Assembly (NCBI GenBank): GCA_963708295.1
Contig: CAVPSJ010000015.1
Location: 96,001-160,000 of the forward strand
Source: an uncultured delta proteobacterium
GTDB lineage: Bacteria > Desulfobacterota > BSN033 > UBA1163
Direction of reading: 5' to 3'
DNA length: 64,000 nucleotides
A program made the translations under genes and the position numbers. Under the pieces are notes generated by a model that was not told where the DNA came from, did not search any database, and worked only from the letters and a program-made list of their open reading frames with translations. Of the stretch, positions 49,946-60,070 are shown piece after piece. How positions within the stretch are numbered: the first letter of the stretch is position 1; each line of letters begins with the position of its first letter.

Positions 49946-50452
49946 ATGGAAACGATTTACTATTCTTGTTTTAATTCGCGCCTCTTAAAAAAGGTCTTTG
50001 TGGCCTCTACGGAGAGGGGGCTCTGTTTTGTGGATTTTGTCAGAACGGAGAAGGCCTTTATGAAAAGACTGAGGGAGAGGTTTCCCGGAAGGATTGTGAG
50101 GGATGATCGAAAGAATAGGAATGTCCTGAATCAACTCAAGAGATACTTAAGAGGTGAGCTCCGGCGTTTTGATTGTAAGCTGGATTTCAGAGGGACCCCA
50201 TTTCAGAAAAAGGTCTGGTCGGCGCTGGCAAAGATTCCCTACGGCCGAACCCGATCCTACGCAGACATTGCACGGGCGATTGGCCACCCCAGGGCCTTCC
50301 GAGCCGTCGGAAGTGCCAATGGCCGAAACTCCATTCCGTTGATCATCCCCTGCCACAGGGTGATCGCGAGCGATGGAGGGATGGGTGGATTTGGTCATGG
50401 GATCAAGGTAAAAAGACAGTTACTGGATTTCGAAAAGACCCATGAAATTTGA
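49946..50452 (+). CDS. ogt: Methylated-DNA-protein-cysteine methyltransferase
   Basis: GTPFQKKVW, IPYG.TRSY, RAVG.A and IIPCHRV. Confidence 0.95.
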   Translation: METIYYSCFNSRLLKKVFVASTERGLCFVDFVRTEKAFMKRLRERFPGRIVRDDRKNRNVLNQLKRYLRGELRRFDCKLDFRGTPFQKKVWSALAKIPYGRTRSYADIARAIGHPRAFRAVGSANGRNSIPLIIPCHRVIASDGGMGGFGHGIKVKRQLLDFEKTHEI

Positions 50453-51254
50453 GGCATTCATTAAAGAAGCAGCTTCCCTTCTTGACCTTCAATGGCGGCG
50501 GTTTGAAAGAGGAGGGATCAAACGAAAAGTTGAACGTCGGATTGCTGAGCTCGGCCTCTCTCATCTTGAAACGTACCTGGCAAAAATCAAGCAAGATCCT
50601 GAAGAGAAAAGCCACCTGTCCCATATTCTTACGATTACCATTACGAGATTCTTCAGGGACAGGAGGGTTTTCGACATCCTCGAGAATTCTATCCTCCCTT
50701 CGATGATTGACGACAAAGTCGCGGGCGATTTCAAAATATGGTCGATAGGCTGCGCCAATGGTGAAGAACCTTACAGCCTTTCAATGTTGTGGAAAGAGAG
50801 ACTCGAAAAAAGATTCCCCCGGATTCGTCTTACCGTCTTAGCTACAGATATTATTCAGGGCCTTCTTGAGAGGGCAAAGGGGGGGAGATATAAGAAAAGC
50901 AGTTTAAAGGAAGTCCCGGAGGAAATCCTCCGAAGATTCTTTGAGATAGACAATGGATTCTATATTCTTGACCGATCCGTTCGGGAAGGCGTGGAGTTTA
51001 AGAAGCATGACATCGCCCATGAAGAGCCGTTTTCCGGAATCGACGTTATTCTTTGTCGAAATTTGGCTTTTACCTACTTTTCGAAGGAATGCCAGATGAG
51101 GGTGCTGAAAAAGATAACCCCCAGTTTGAAAGAAAACGGGTATCTCATTATCGGAATGAATGAATCCCTTCCTCTGACCTATCCCACTCTGTTTGTGCCG
51201 GTTTTCGCTACAGAAAGAATATATCAAAAATTCAGTCCGCCATCCGGAAACTGA
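50442..51254 (+). CDS. CheR-type methyltransferase
   Basis: TITRFFRD, IWSIGCANGEEPYS and ILCRN. Confidence 0.9.
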   Translation: MKFEAFIKEAASLLDLQWRRFERGGIKRKVERRIAELGLSHLETYLAKIKQDPEEKSHLSHILTITITRFFRDRRVFDILENSILPSMIDDKVAGDFKIWSIGCANGEEPYSLSMLWKERLEKRFPRIRLTVLATDIIQGLLERAKGGRYKKSSLKEVPEEILRRFFEIDNGFYILDRSVREGVEFKKHDIAHEEPFSGIDVILCRNLAFTYFSKECQMRVLKKITPSLKENGYLIIGMNESLPLTYPTLFVPVFATERIYQKFSPPSGN

Positions 51255-51419
51255 TAACTCATTCTTCTGGGCGCTGTCTGATAATCTCTCACCCCTTTTC
51301 GTCATTTCACGCTTGACAAATGTGGCCTCCGATAACTAATTTAAAATTGAATGGTTTCTGGTTTCGCGCAGTTGAGTCCGGAGGATGAAAAAGGCAGGAT
51401 ACGGAAGGAGGATAAGATA

Positions 51420-51695
51420 ATGGAAACAAAAAGAAATTATTTCGGTCTGTGGAAAGGTCTCATGGTTGGCAGCTTTTTGGGTGCGGCAGCGGGCATTCTA
51501 TTGGCCCCGAAATCCGGGAAAGAAGTAAGGTCAGAAATCAAAGAGAGAACAGATAAGGCCCTGGACGAGACAAAGCGGTTTTGGTCAGATGGTCGCACAA
51601 AGCTTAATGACACGATGGCCTACATTGCCGGAAGGAAAGAAAGGGCTTCGGCAGGCCACATTGAGTCCCCCGAAGAGATAATGGCGGATGCATAA
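51420..51695 (+). CDS. YtxH domain protein
   Basis: GLMVGSFLGAAAGILLAPKSGKEVR. Confidence 0.85.
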   Translation: METKRNYFGLWKGLMVGSFLGAAAGILLAPKSGKEVRSEIKERTDKALDETKRFWSDGRTKLNDTMAYIAGRKERASAGHIESPEEIMADA

Positions 51696-51997
51696 GAATT
51701 CAGAAGCGAGGGGGGACAAGAACCAGGAGTGACACAGAATGCGTTATCGAAGCCGGAGCTTCAGGGGTGGCGTTTATGTGCATTCCAGAGGTTCCGGGGT
51801 GGAAATCTCAAATAGAATACTGTTCTTTCCATATTAAAGTACTAAGTTTACCTTATTTACTTCACTTGCTGTTTTTGATAATTTTGGAACAGAGGGTTTT
51901 GTGCGCATTCGCGGGTATTCTTTCGGCTAAGGGCAGGGCGAGGGGATTCCGGAAAAGCTGAATGATAACCGACAAAATGAAAAGGAGGGCTAATTCT

Positions 51998-52396
51998 ATG
52001 GCAGAAAATGATAATGATCGTGGAGGGTTCCTTGGAGGACTCCTTATTGGGAGCTTCCTTGGAGCACTGGTTGGACTTTTATTTGCTCCTAAATCCGGAA
52101 AGGAGTTGAGATCTGAGCTTAAGCGGAAGGGAGGCGAAGTTATCGACGAGGCAAGTGAATTTTATTCAGAAGCACGGGCCCGGGCGAAGATTATCGTCGA
52201 AGAGGCTCATCGTCGGGCTGAAGAGCTTAAGAAAGAAGCCAATCTTCAGCTTGCCGAAGCACGCCTGAAGGCAAAGGAAGTTATCGAGGAGGCAAAAGCA
52301 GGGGCGAAAAAAGTGAAAGGGGCGGTGGAAGTAGGTCTGGAAGCGGCAAAGCAGGAGTTATCGAAGGGGTCGAGAAAAGACGAGACCAAGGCTTAA
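51998..52396 (+). CDS. YtxH domain protein
   Basis: FLGGLLIGSFLGALVGLLFAPKSGKELR. Confidence 0.88.
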   Translation: MAENDNDRGGFLGGLLIGSFLGALVGLLFAPKSGKELRSELKRKGGEVIDEASEFYSEARARAKIIVEEAHRRAEELKKEANLQLAEARLKAKEVIEEAKAGAKKVKGAVEVGLEAAKQELSKGSRKDETKA

Positions 52397-52417
52397 GCGG
52401 AAGGGAGATCGCCACTT

Positions 52418-52798
52418 ATGTTACAGACTATCAGTATCACTGTCATTGCGGCCGCTATCGTTGTTGTTGCGATTGTTCTCATCCCTGTTATTCTTCAGAT
52501 TCGTAAGACGGCTCGTGAGGCTGAGAAACTTTTCGAGACAGCCCGCATGCAGCTTGTCCCCCTAAGTCATGACCTGACGGTCATTTCCAGGGAAGCCAGT
52601 AATATCCTGCAATCCGTCCATCGGCAAGTGGATCGGGTCGAAGAAGGAATTGCCACGGTTCAGGGTGCTGCCGAACGCTTGCGGGACTTTGAGGACGCAG
52701 TCCTAGGCAGGGTTGGGGAGCCCCTGCTCGAGCTGGCAGCGCTGGTCAGAGCCGTGAGCCGGGGGTTCGCGGCTTCCTTCCGATTTTTGCGAAGTTGA
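52418..52798 (+). CDS. DUF948 (YtxG-like) membrane protein
   Basis: N-terminal TM helix plus coiled coil, adjacent to ytxH-like genes. Confidence 0.75.
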   Translation: MLQTISITVIAAAIVVVAIVLIPVILQIRKTAREAEKLFETARMQLVPLSHDLTVISREASNILQSVHRQVDRVEEGIATVQGAAERLRDFEDAVLGRVGEPLLELAALVRAVSRGFAASFRFLRS

Positions 52799-52986
52799 CC
52801 GGAACGTGTCCCGTCCGCCAACGGGAGAGAGGCGGGGTTTCGGGGCACCCGATGAATGAAATTTCCTTTCCTCCCATTCTGCCCGACACGGGTGCGCCCC
52901 GAAAGCTCTTCGACAAGCTCAGAGCCGTGAGTCCCGCGAAACGCGGGATCGAACGGCCCCGCCTTTGATGCGGGCAGGGAGCTTCG
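52795..52986 (+). mobile_element. IS200/IS605-type non-autonomous end element with nested TTCGACAAGCTCAG repeat
   Basis: TTGACCGGAACGTG... left end and GGGAGCTTCG right end. Interior is similar to 54243-54393. Confidence 0.7.
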
Positions 52987-53026
52987 CCTGCATAGCAACG
53001 GAGCCCTTCGAACCAAGAGAGGGCCA

Positions 53027-54169
53027 CTAAATGTTTCCTCTTACAAAAAAAAAGAAGTAGGCAAAACCGATCAGGCCCGTGAGGGCCAGGGAGAGGAACA
53101 TGGTCGGAAAGTCGGTCAAGCGAAGAACGACGCCCATGATCATCGGTCCAAGTCCTAGCCCTAAATCCCCCATTGCTGTCAGCCATCCGATCGCCGTTCC
53201 ATGCGAAGTGCCTACGAGGTCAAGGACGTAGGCGAATAAAGAGGGCACGAGAAAAGCGTGCCCCGCGGCTGCGATGACAGCCACAAGAATGAACATCCCA
53301 AGAGACTTCGAGAAGGCGAGAAGGGTCATCGCGAGAATAAAGGCGATGATACACGGCAGGATGACTTTTTCTCTCTTTTGAATATCGAAGACCCTTCCTC
53401 CAAAAACACGGCCGGAAATCATGACAAAGGCATAGGCCGTAAAGAAGAGACCGGGATTGGCCACGCCCTGATTGATGGCATGCAGGGGGAAAAAGGCCAT
53501 TAAAGCTCCAAAGATCATGTGAACCATGAAATATAAGAGGATCGGGGAAAGGGCTTTGAAACCGAAAGAGGAACGGACCTCCGTGGGTAAAGGGGCAATG
53601 GATTCGGGTTGTTTCTGGCTTAACTTGCTGGCAATCCATAAGGAGCAAAGCGAAAGAGCCGTGCAAACTGAGAAGAGAACATTAAAGCTGAATCGGTTGA
53701 TCAAAAACATGCCGATGATCGGGGCCAACGCCATCGAAATATTGAAGGAGAGAAAGAAATAACCGAGGCTTTGCCCCCGATAGGCCTCCGGGGTGATGTG
53801 GGTGATCAGTGCAATGGAGGCCGTAAAAAAGAAAGCCGTTCCGATTCCCTGAAAAACTCTCACCAGGAGAAAAGGCCAAAAGGGAGGGGTTAAAATATAG
53901 GCGATGGAGGTAACGGCGAAGAGAATGGCGCCGGCGAGCATAAATTTTTTTTCGCGGATTTGAGAAAGTTTCTTGCCAACGATGGGCCTGAGGACCAGAG
54001 AAGAGATGCCGAGAGCTCCGATCAGAATGCCAATCTCAACCTCGGTCGAGCCTGATTTCGAAAGATAGATCGGAATGGTGGGGACCAGGATGTGGAAGAC
54101 AGACGTGAAAGCAAATTGGGAAAAGAAACAGAGAATGAATTCGCGGGAAAGTATCTTTCTAAGTGTCAT
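53027..54169 (-). CDS. MFS transporter
   Basis: About 12 TM helices, with RVFQGIG and P..YRG..LG motifs. Confidence 0.92.
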   Translation of the reverse strand: MTLRKILSREFILCFFSQFAFTSVFHILVPTIPIYLSKSGSTEVEIGILIGALGISSLVLRPIVGKKLSQIREKKFMLAGAILFAVTSIAYILTPPFWPFLLVRVFQGIGTAFFFTASIALITHITPEAYRGQSLGYFFLSFNISMALAPIIGMFLINRFSFNVLFSVCTALSLCSLWIASKLSQKQPESIAPLPTEVRSSFGFKALSPILLYFMVHMIFGALMAFFPLHAINQGVANPGLFFTAYAFVMISGRVFGGRVFDIQKREKVILPCIIAFILAMTLLAFSKSLGMFILVAVIAAAGHAFLVPSLFAYVLDLVGTSHGTAIGWLTAMGDLGLGLGPMIMGVVLRLTDFPTMFLSLALTGLIGFAYFFFFVRGNI

Positions 54170-54242
54170 GTGGGATCGCAGGGTCGTAATATCGGCGGCT
54201 GATGGATTTTACAGGTTGGGATTGCCCCGGGGTATCTCATCG

Positions 54243-54393
54243 TTGACCGGAATGTGCCCCGCAAGGGGGCACAATATGAATGAAACTTTCTTTGCTCGCA
54301 TTCTGCTCGCCACTGCGTGCCCGGGAAGCTCTTCGACAAGCTCAGAGCCGTGAGTTCTGTCGAATGGCCCCGCCCTATGGGCGGGGAGCTTCA
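54243..54393 (+). mobile_element. IS200/IS605-type non-autonomous end element
   Basis: TTGACCGGAATGTGCCCC-GCAAG-GGGGCAC ... CCCCGCCC-TAT-GGGCGGGG-AGCTTCA. Confidence 0.75.
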
Positions 54394-54446
54394 CCTTTCT
54401 CGGCAATTTGACGGTCGACCCGTTCCTTCTCGGGGGGGCGCCATCC

Positions 54447-56310
54447 TCAGAGGCATCCCTGTCGCTTCAGGTTGACCATCAGGATCGAGATGGCGGCAGG
54501 GGTGACACCCGAGATTCTTGAAGCCTGGCCGAGAGAGTGGGGCTTGATCTTCTTCAATTTCTCCATGACCTCCGTCGTGAGTCCGATCACAGAGCTGAAG
54601 TCAAATCCCCCTGGAAAGCTCACTTCCTCCAATCTCTTAAACCTTTCGATCTGGTCCATCTGCCTCTGGATATAACCCTCGTACTTCACCTGAATCTCGG
54701 CCTGCGCTTGTACGGACTGCGAAAGGCCTTCAAGGCTTCGGTCAAAATCGAAAAGATGGGTGAAGCGAATTTCAGGCCTTCGCAATATTTCCTGGAGGGA
54801 GGAATCCTTCTTCAGCGTCGCGGTTCCCCATCGATGGAGAATATCGTTATTTTCCTTCGTCGGGTTGACTCTCACCTTTGAGATTCTGAAAAGCGTTTCT
54901 TCAATCGCCGTTTTTTTCTTCAGGAAGGTTTGATGATCTTCCTCTTTCACCAATCCCGCTTCATATCCCTTTTCTCTCAATCTCAAATCGGCATTGTCTT
55001 CTCTCAAATGGAGACGGTATTCCGCCCTGGAGGTAAACATGCGATAGGGTTCGGCCGTCCCTTTGGTGACCAGGTCATCGATCAAGACGCCGATATAAGC
55101 GTCGGAACGTTTCAAGAGAAGGGGTTCCTTCCCTCGAAGATAAAGCGAGACATTGATCCCGGCCATGAGTCCCTGTGCGGCTGCCTCTTCATAGCCGGAC
55201 GTTCCGTTGATCTGCCCGGCGTGGAAGAGTCCTCTGATCTTTTTTGTCTCAAGGGAAGGCTTCAGTTCCGTGGGATCGACAAAGTCGTATTCGATGGCAT
55301 AACCGGGCCGGAGGATCTCCGCATGCTCCAGCCCCTGGATCGACCTCAGCATGCGGATCTGAATATCCAGAGGAAGGCTGGTGGAAATCCCGTTCGGGTA
55401 GATCTCATTCGTATGGCGGCCGTCAGGTTCCAGGAAGATCTGATGTCTTTTCTTGTCTGCAAAACGGACCACTTTATCCTCGATCGAAGGACAATAACGG
55501 GGTCCGACGCCTTTGATGATTCCGCAGTACAGAGGCGATCGATCGAGGCCGCTTTTGATGATTTCGTGGGTCGCGGGGTTTGTATAAGTCATGTAGCAGG
55601 GGACCTGCTCAATGTCGATCTTCTCCGTTGAGAGAGAGAAGGGAAGAGGCGGGGTGTCTCCGTGCTGAGGTGTGAGCTGAGAAAAATCAATGGTCCTCCC
55701 GTCAAGCCTCGGGGTGGTACCGGTCTTGAGCCTCCCCATCCGAAATCCCAGCTGTCTCAATGACTCTGATAGACCCATGGAGGGGGGATCCCCCATCCTG
55801 CCCGAGGGAAAGTGTTCGAGACCGATATGAATCAGACCATTCAGGAAAGTCCCCGGGGACAGGACCACGGCTTTTGCCCGAAGGGTTTCACTCGAATCCG
55901 TCTTCACACCGACCACCTGATTTCCGTCGATGAGAATTTCCTCAATCGTGGCTTCTTTGATCGAGAGATCTTTCTGATGCTGCACCGTCCTTCTTCATTC
56001 GAAGCCGATAACCCTGGCGGTCCACTTGAGCTCGTGAGGAGCGAACCGCAGGACCTCTCGTATCGTTAAGCCGGCGGAACTGTATTCCTGTTTCGTCCGT
56101 GGCCTTTGCCATCTCTCCACCCAGAGCATCGATTTCCTTCACCAGATGTCCCTTGGCCAGCCCACCCACGGCCGGATTGCAGGACAGATAACCGATCTGT
56201 TCGACTTTTTGGGTGATCAGGAGGGTCGGGTGTCCCATGCGGGCGCAGGCCAAGGAGGCTTCAATCCCGGCATGTCCCCCACCCACCACCACTACCTCGT
56301 AATCAGCCAT
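54447..56310 (-). CDS. mnmG: tRNA uridine-5-carboxymethylaminomethyl modification enzyme MnmG (GidA), one frameshift near 55990
   Basis: [10 protein letters not shown] and SCNPAVGG in 55942-56310. [28 protein letters not shown] and [12 protein letters not shown] in 54447-55985. Confidence 0.95.
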
Positions 56311-56386
56311 GAAGGTTATATCACCTCTAAGTCGTAGGAATTAAATCAACCCTCCGACCATCACAGAATTCCAAGTAAGCCGAACT

Positions 56387-56566
56387 CAAATTCCAAAGCC
56401 CAAAACCGAGATCCCGAAACAAGTTCGGGATGACAAAAAGATCAGAACTGAACCGTCATGTCATGCTGAACTTGTTTCAGCATCTGATTTATTTTTTCTG
56501 CTTTCAGCAGACGCACCTTATCATCCCCGTCCACAGGAAGGGGTTTTCAGGTGCGATCTTAATAAA
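56387..56566 (-). repeat. Composite palindromic repeat, copy B
   Basis: Reverse complement of 34222-34428. Confidence 0.85.
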
Positions 56567-56643
56567 TCACAATTTCTCAATGCTCAAACCGTCAGAATTC
56601 ATATAACGCTTACTTTTGAATTTTGGTCATTCAGAATGGGTGA

Positions 56644-57378
56644 TTATTTGGTTATGGGTGCCTGGAATTTTGGATTTGATAAATCGTTCTGCCCTGTGCG
56701 GTTTTGATTTCCCCGGCAGGCCTTTACGCAAACACCACAGATATTATGGCTGAAATGGAGGGTTTTGGCAAAAGTTCTCAGCTGCTCATAGCATCGAAGA
56801 TGGTCGAAATCTTTTTGCCGTTCCTTGATGGCTCCCGCGGGGCAGACCGGCACGCAATCCAGACAGGAGCCACAATCCCTTACGGAAGGAGGGCTGACGA
56901 TCAGGGGGATCCCGGTGAGGATGGTCACGAGGCGAATCCGGGATCCAAATTGCTCGTTCACGAGGAGGTTGTTCCGGCCGATCCATCCCAGCCCTGCGGC
57001 GCGAGCCACATGTTTATGCGAAAGGTGGGCTCTTTGCGTTTTCCAATCGACAAGTTGAGAGGCAGCGATGGGCATGGCCTGGTATCCCAGATCTTGAATG
57101 GTTGATGTCACGATCAGGCCGAGGGTGTCCAGAAGAATATTGGTTCTCTGATAGTGATGGAAATAAAGGGGGGTAGGTTGGTTCTCAACCTCTTCCAGAA
57201 CGGCATCCGAAAGGTGAAATCCTACCGAGATGGCGTAGGGAAGTTGGTCGATGAGGGACGAAGGCAGCAGGAAGTCCTCTTTCTTGAAGGAACGAAGGTC
57301 CGCCACTCCAAACAAGGAACCTCCCCAACGGCGGCAAAGGGTCTTGAGCTTTTCGGCGTTTTCCTGAGAATTCGTCAC
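56644..57378 (-). CDS. QueG-like 4Fe-4S double-cluster protein
   Basis: SHKHVARAAGLGWIGRNNLL, CGSCLDCVPVCP and CGVCVKAC. Confidence 0.85.
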   Translation of the reverse strand: MTNSQENAEKLKTLCRRWGGSLFGVADLRSFKKEDFLLPSSLIDQLPYAISVGFHLSDAVLEEVENQPTPLYFHHYQRTNILLDTLGLIVTSTIQDLGYQAMPIAASQLVDWKTQRAHLSHKHVARAAGLGWIGRNNLLVNEQFGSRIRLVTILTGIPLIVSPPSVRDCGSCLDCVPVCPAGAIKERQKDFDHLRCYEQLRTFAKTLHFSHNICGVCVKACRGNQNRTGQNDLSNPKFQAPITK

Positions 57379-57553
57379 AGGTTAAATTGTGACTTCTGGA
57401 TGAATTTATTGCAAGAGCCCCGAATGCGGATTTTGCCTGCCTTCGCGCAGGCAGGGAACTCGGTAAGTAGCCAGAATCGTCTAGCCTAAAGATCTGAACC
57501 TCATCCCCTCGGGAAAAGCATCTGAAGTTTACATTCCGCACCCCGCCATCGGA

Positions 57554-58378
57554 TTAATCATTCCGAACTTTAACCTTCAACTCTTTCATCTTTTTGCGAA
57601 GGGTGTTCCGATTGATCCCTAAGAACTGGGCGGCGGCAATTTGAACATGACCCACTCGCTCTAAAGCAGACTTAATCAAGATCTTCTCGACCACTCTAAT
57701 AATATCGTCGAAGATTCCCAATTTGGTCTTCGTCTCCACATAAAGGTCAATCTTGTTCAGAACCTCGACCAGCTTCTGTTCCAGGATCTCATCCAGCAGG
57801 TGAGACCTTGATTTGAGCTTGGTTTCCTTCGCAAGGGATTCGCTCTTCTTAAAGTGGTAATTCTTGATCGCCGGAGAGAGGATCGCCGAGAGGACGGAGA
57901 GGAACTGGAAGTCCTCCATAAATTCGTGTCTGGGTCCGTAGAGAGAATTCATATTGATCACACCCATCGGCTCATCCCCCGCCATCAGAGGGATGCAGAG
58001 GAGAGGGGCTTCGATCTTCTCGGTGCGTTTCTGGCCCTTCATCATCTCCTCGTAGAGCGGTTCTTGATTTAGATTCTGAATAACCATGGGCTGTCGCGAT
58101 TCGAGAACCTTCCCGATCGTCCCTTTTTGGCTGGGGCAGGTAAAAGGATGGATTTCTTTTTCGATTCCGTAGAGGGCCTCCACATGGAGAGAATCCTCTT
58201 GGGGGTCCTGGAGAAAGAGGGCTGAATATCGAATCGAAAAATACTCGGACAGGATAGCCATCGCTCCGATAAAATAATCCTGAAGATGGCTTGGCTGAGG
58301 AAGGAGGATAATCTCGTGAAGGCTCCTCAATTCAGGATTTGACCGGGGATTGATGAAGAATGTGGAAGGCATGTCCAT
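57554..58378 (-). CDS. GAF domain fused to a Fis-type HTH, without a AAA+ domain
   Basis: NifA-like GAF (GTIGKVLES.QP.VI, LCIPL...MGVI) and AAQFLGINRNTLRKK. Confidence 0.82.
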   Translation of the reverse strand: MDMPSTFFINPRSNPELRSLHEIILLPQPSHLQDYFIGAMAILSEYFSIRYSALFLQDPQEDSLHVEALYGIEKEIHPFTCPSQKGTIGKVLESRQPMVIQNLNQEPLYEEMMKGQKRTEKIEAPLLCIPLMAGDEPMGVINMNSLYGPRHEFMEDFQFLSVLSAILSPAIKNYHFKKSESLAKETKLKSRSHLLDEILEQKLVEVLNKIDLYVETKTKLGIFDDIIRVVEKILIKSALERVGHVQIAAAQFLGINRNTLRKKMKELKVKVRND

Positions 58379-58500
58379 CTCCTATCGGTTAAAATTTAAA
58401 TGCGCGATGATTTCAGGAAAGCGGGGAATCAACGACAGCGTTAATCCTACAAAAAATAGATTAGAATTTCAAGGGAATTCTACCGCCTACGCTGAAGACT

Positions 58501-58564
58501 ACGCCTGCGTGCCGAAACCCTTGTTTGCCAGATGCTTTGAGGGGCACTTCGGCGTGCAGGCACG
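58501..58564 (-). repeat. Small element with ends CGTGCCTGCACGCCG / GTTTCGGCACGCAGGCGT; second copy at 35741-35844
   Basis: Identical termini with interiors of different length. Confidence 0.75.
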
Positions 58565-58648
58565 GGCTTTGCCCGTTGGGCTCCGTCACCCCCTCGCGTC
58601 ACCTTTACCCTTGAAGTCTCACGATGAATTCATTAAAATCCACTCCAT

Positions 58649-59605
58649 ATGGGCGCGGCGGTTGAGCATGACAGGCCTCGGATCGTGATTCTCCTCGGTC
58701 CGACGGGAATAGGAAAATCCAAATTGGCCATCGATTGGGCGGAGGCGATAGGGGGAGAAATCGTCAGCGCCGACTCGGTGCAGGTTTACCGGTTTATGGA
58801 CATCGGGACAGGCAAGCCCTCGCGCGACGACCAAGGAAGGGTTCGGCACCACCTGATTGACTTAATCCCCCCGGATCAACCTTTTCATGCCGCTCTTTAT
58901 CGGACGCTCGGCCGGAAGACGATCGACCAATTGTTCCATGAAGGGAAACTCATTTGGGTCGTGGGAGGGACCGGACTCTACATTAAAACCCTCACCCAGG
59001 GACTCTTTCACAGTCCTCAAATAGACCCTCAGGCCAGGGAGAGTCTCAGGCAGGAAGCCGAGGAAAAAGGGGCGGGCGCCCTTTATGAACGTTTGAAAAA
59101 AGTCGATTTCCAAACGGCCTCTCGTCTTCATCCCAATGACCTTTTTCGAATCATACGAGCCCTGGAGGTCTTTGATTCGACAGGGGTCCCGATCTCTTCC
59201 TATCGGGAACAGCATTGCTTTGGCGAAAGGCCGTATCTCACCCTGAAAATTGGTCTGGAGACGAACCGGGACAAGCTCTTTCGCCGTATCGACGAGAGGG
59301 TGGATCAAATGGTAGAAAAGGGGCTCCTTCAGGAGGTCGAGAGGCTGATGGAGATGGGTTATGGGCCTGAATTGAAGCCGATGCAGAGTTTAGGTTATAA
59401 ACAAATGGTTCAATTTCTGTTGAAAGAGATCGGATGGGACGAAGCCGTCAGACAGATGAAAAGAGAGACCCGGCATTATGCGAAGCGGCAATGGACATGG
59501 TTTAAGGCTGACCCGGAGGTTCGTTGGTGGGACGAGTCAACGGATCGCCAAAAATTATTTCTCAACATCCAATCCTTTTGGGGAAGAGGGGGGGCCATGA
59601 CATGA
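58649..59605 (+). CDS. miaA: tRNA dimethylallyltransferase
   Basis: GPTGIGKS, SADSVQVY, VGGTGLY, RIIRALEV and YAKRQWTWF. Confidence 0.97.
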   Translation: MGAAVEHDRPRIVILLGPTGIGKSKLAIDWAEAIGGEIVSADSVQVYRFMDIGTGKPSRDDQGRVRHHLIDLIPPDQPFHAALYRTLGRKTIDQLFHEGKLIWVVGGTGLYIKTLTQGLFHSPQIDPQARESLRQEAEEKGAGALYERLKKVDFQTASRLHPNDLFRIIRALEVFDSTGVPISSYREQHCFGERPYLTLKIGLETNRDKLFRRIDERVDQMVEKGLLQEVERLMEMGYGPELKPMQSLGYKQMVQFLLKEIGWDEAVRQMKRETRHYAKRQWTWFKADPEVRWWDESTDRQKLFLNIQSFWGRGGAMT

Positions 59606-59829
59606 TGAAGACTCAGATGAATATCCAGGACCAATTTCTCAATCGTGTCCGGCGGGATCGGAAACAGGTCGTGATTGAGCTGACCGCAGGCCGTAAGATC
59701 GAAGGGGTGATTCTCAGCTTTGATAACTTCTGCATCATCCTTCGGGGAGAAGCAGATCATCTGCTGTATAAACACGCCATCTGCTCTATTTCTCCTGGTG
59801 AAAGAATAGAGTTTCTTGAGACAAGATAG
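59602..59829 (+). CDS. hfq: RNA chaperone Hfq
   Basis: NIQDQFLN, SFDNF and LLYKHAI, with an ATGA overlap with miaA. Confidence 0.93.
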   Translation: MMKTQMNIQDQFLNRVRRDRKQVVIELTAGRKIEGVILSFDNFCIILRGEADHLLYKHAICSISPGERIEFLETR

Positions 59830-59891
59830 GACAAATTCCAATGACCCGATTCCAAGCTCCAAATGATCAGCCATGACCGGTTCGAGGAAAA

Positions 59892-59989
59892 ATCGCCCTT
59901 CATCCCCCTTTCGCCTGTCTTTGACAGGAAAAAGATTACAAAGGGGGGGATTGCTCCTCCCTTTTGTAAGGGGAGGTGGGGAGGGGTTT
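59892..59989. repeat. REP-like hairpin repeat (CCTCCCTTT-TGT-AAGGGGAGG type)
   Basis: Same architecture as 20029-20126 and the DUF559-flanking repeats. Confidence 0.65.
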
Positions 59990-60070
59990 AAACAGGTTAT
60001 TTTCAAACGAATATCAAGAAGCGTTGGAAACACTGGATTGGGTTGATTAAAATGTAAGTTAGAGGACAGA

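Noticed and set aside
55980-56000. Programmed frameshift in mnmG
   Set aside because: No slippery heptamer or stimulatory structure. A single extra base fits the indel error pattern seen elsewhere.
56644-57378. Reductive dehalogenase
   Set aside because: Too short, with no Tat signal or RdhB partner. It fits the small QueG-like Fe-S proteins.
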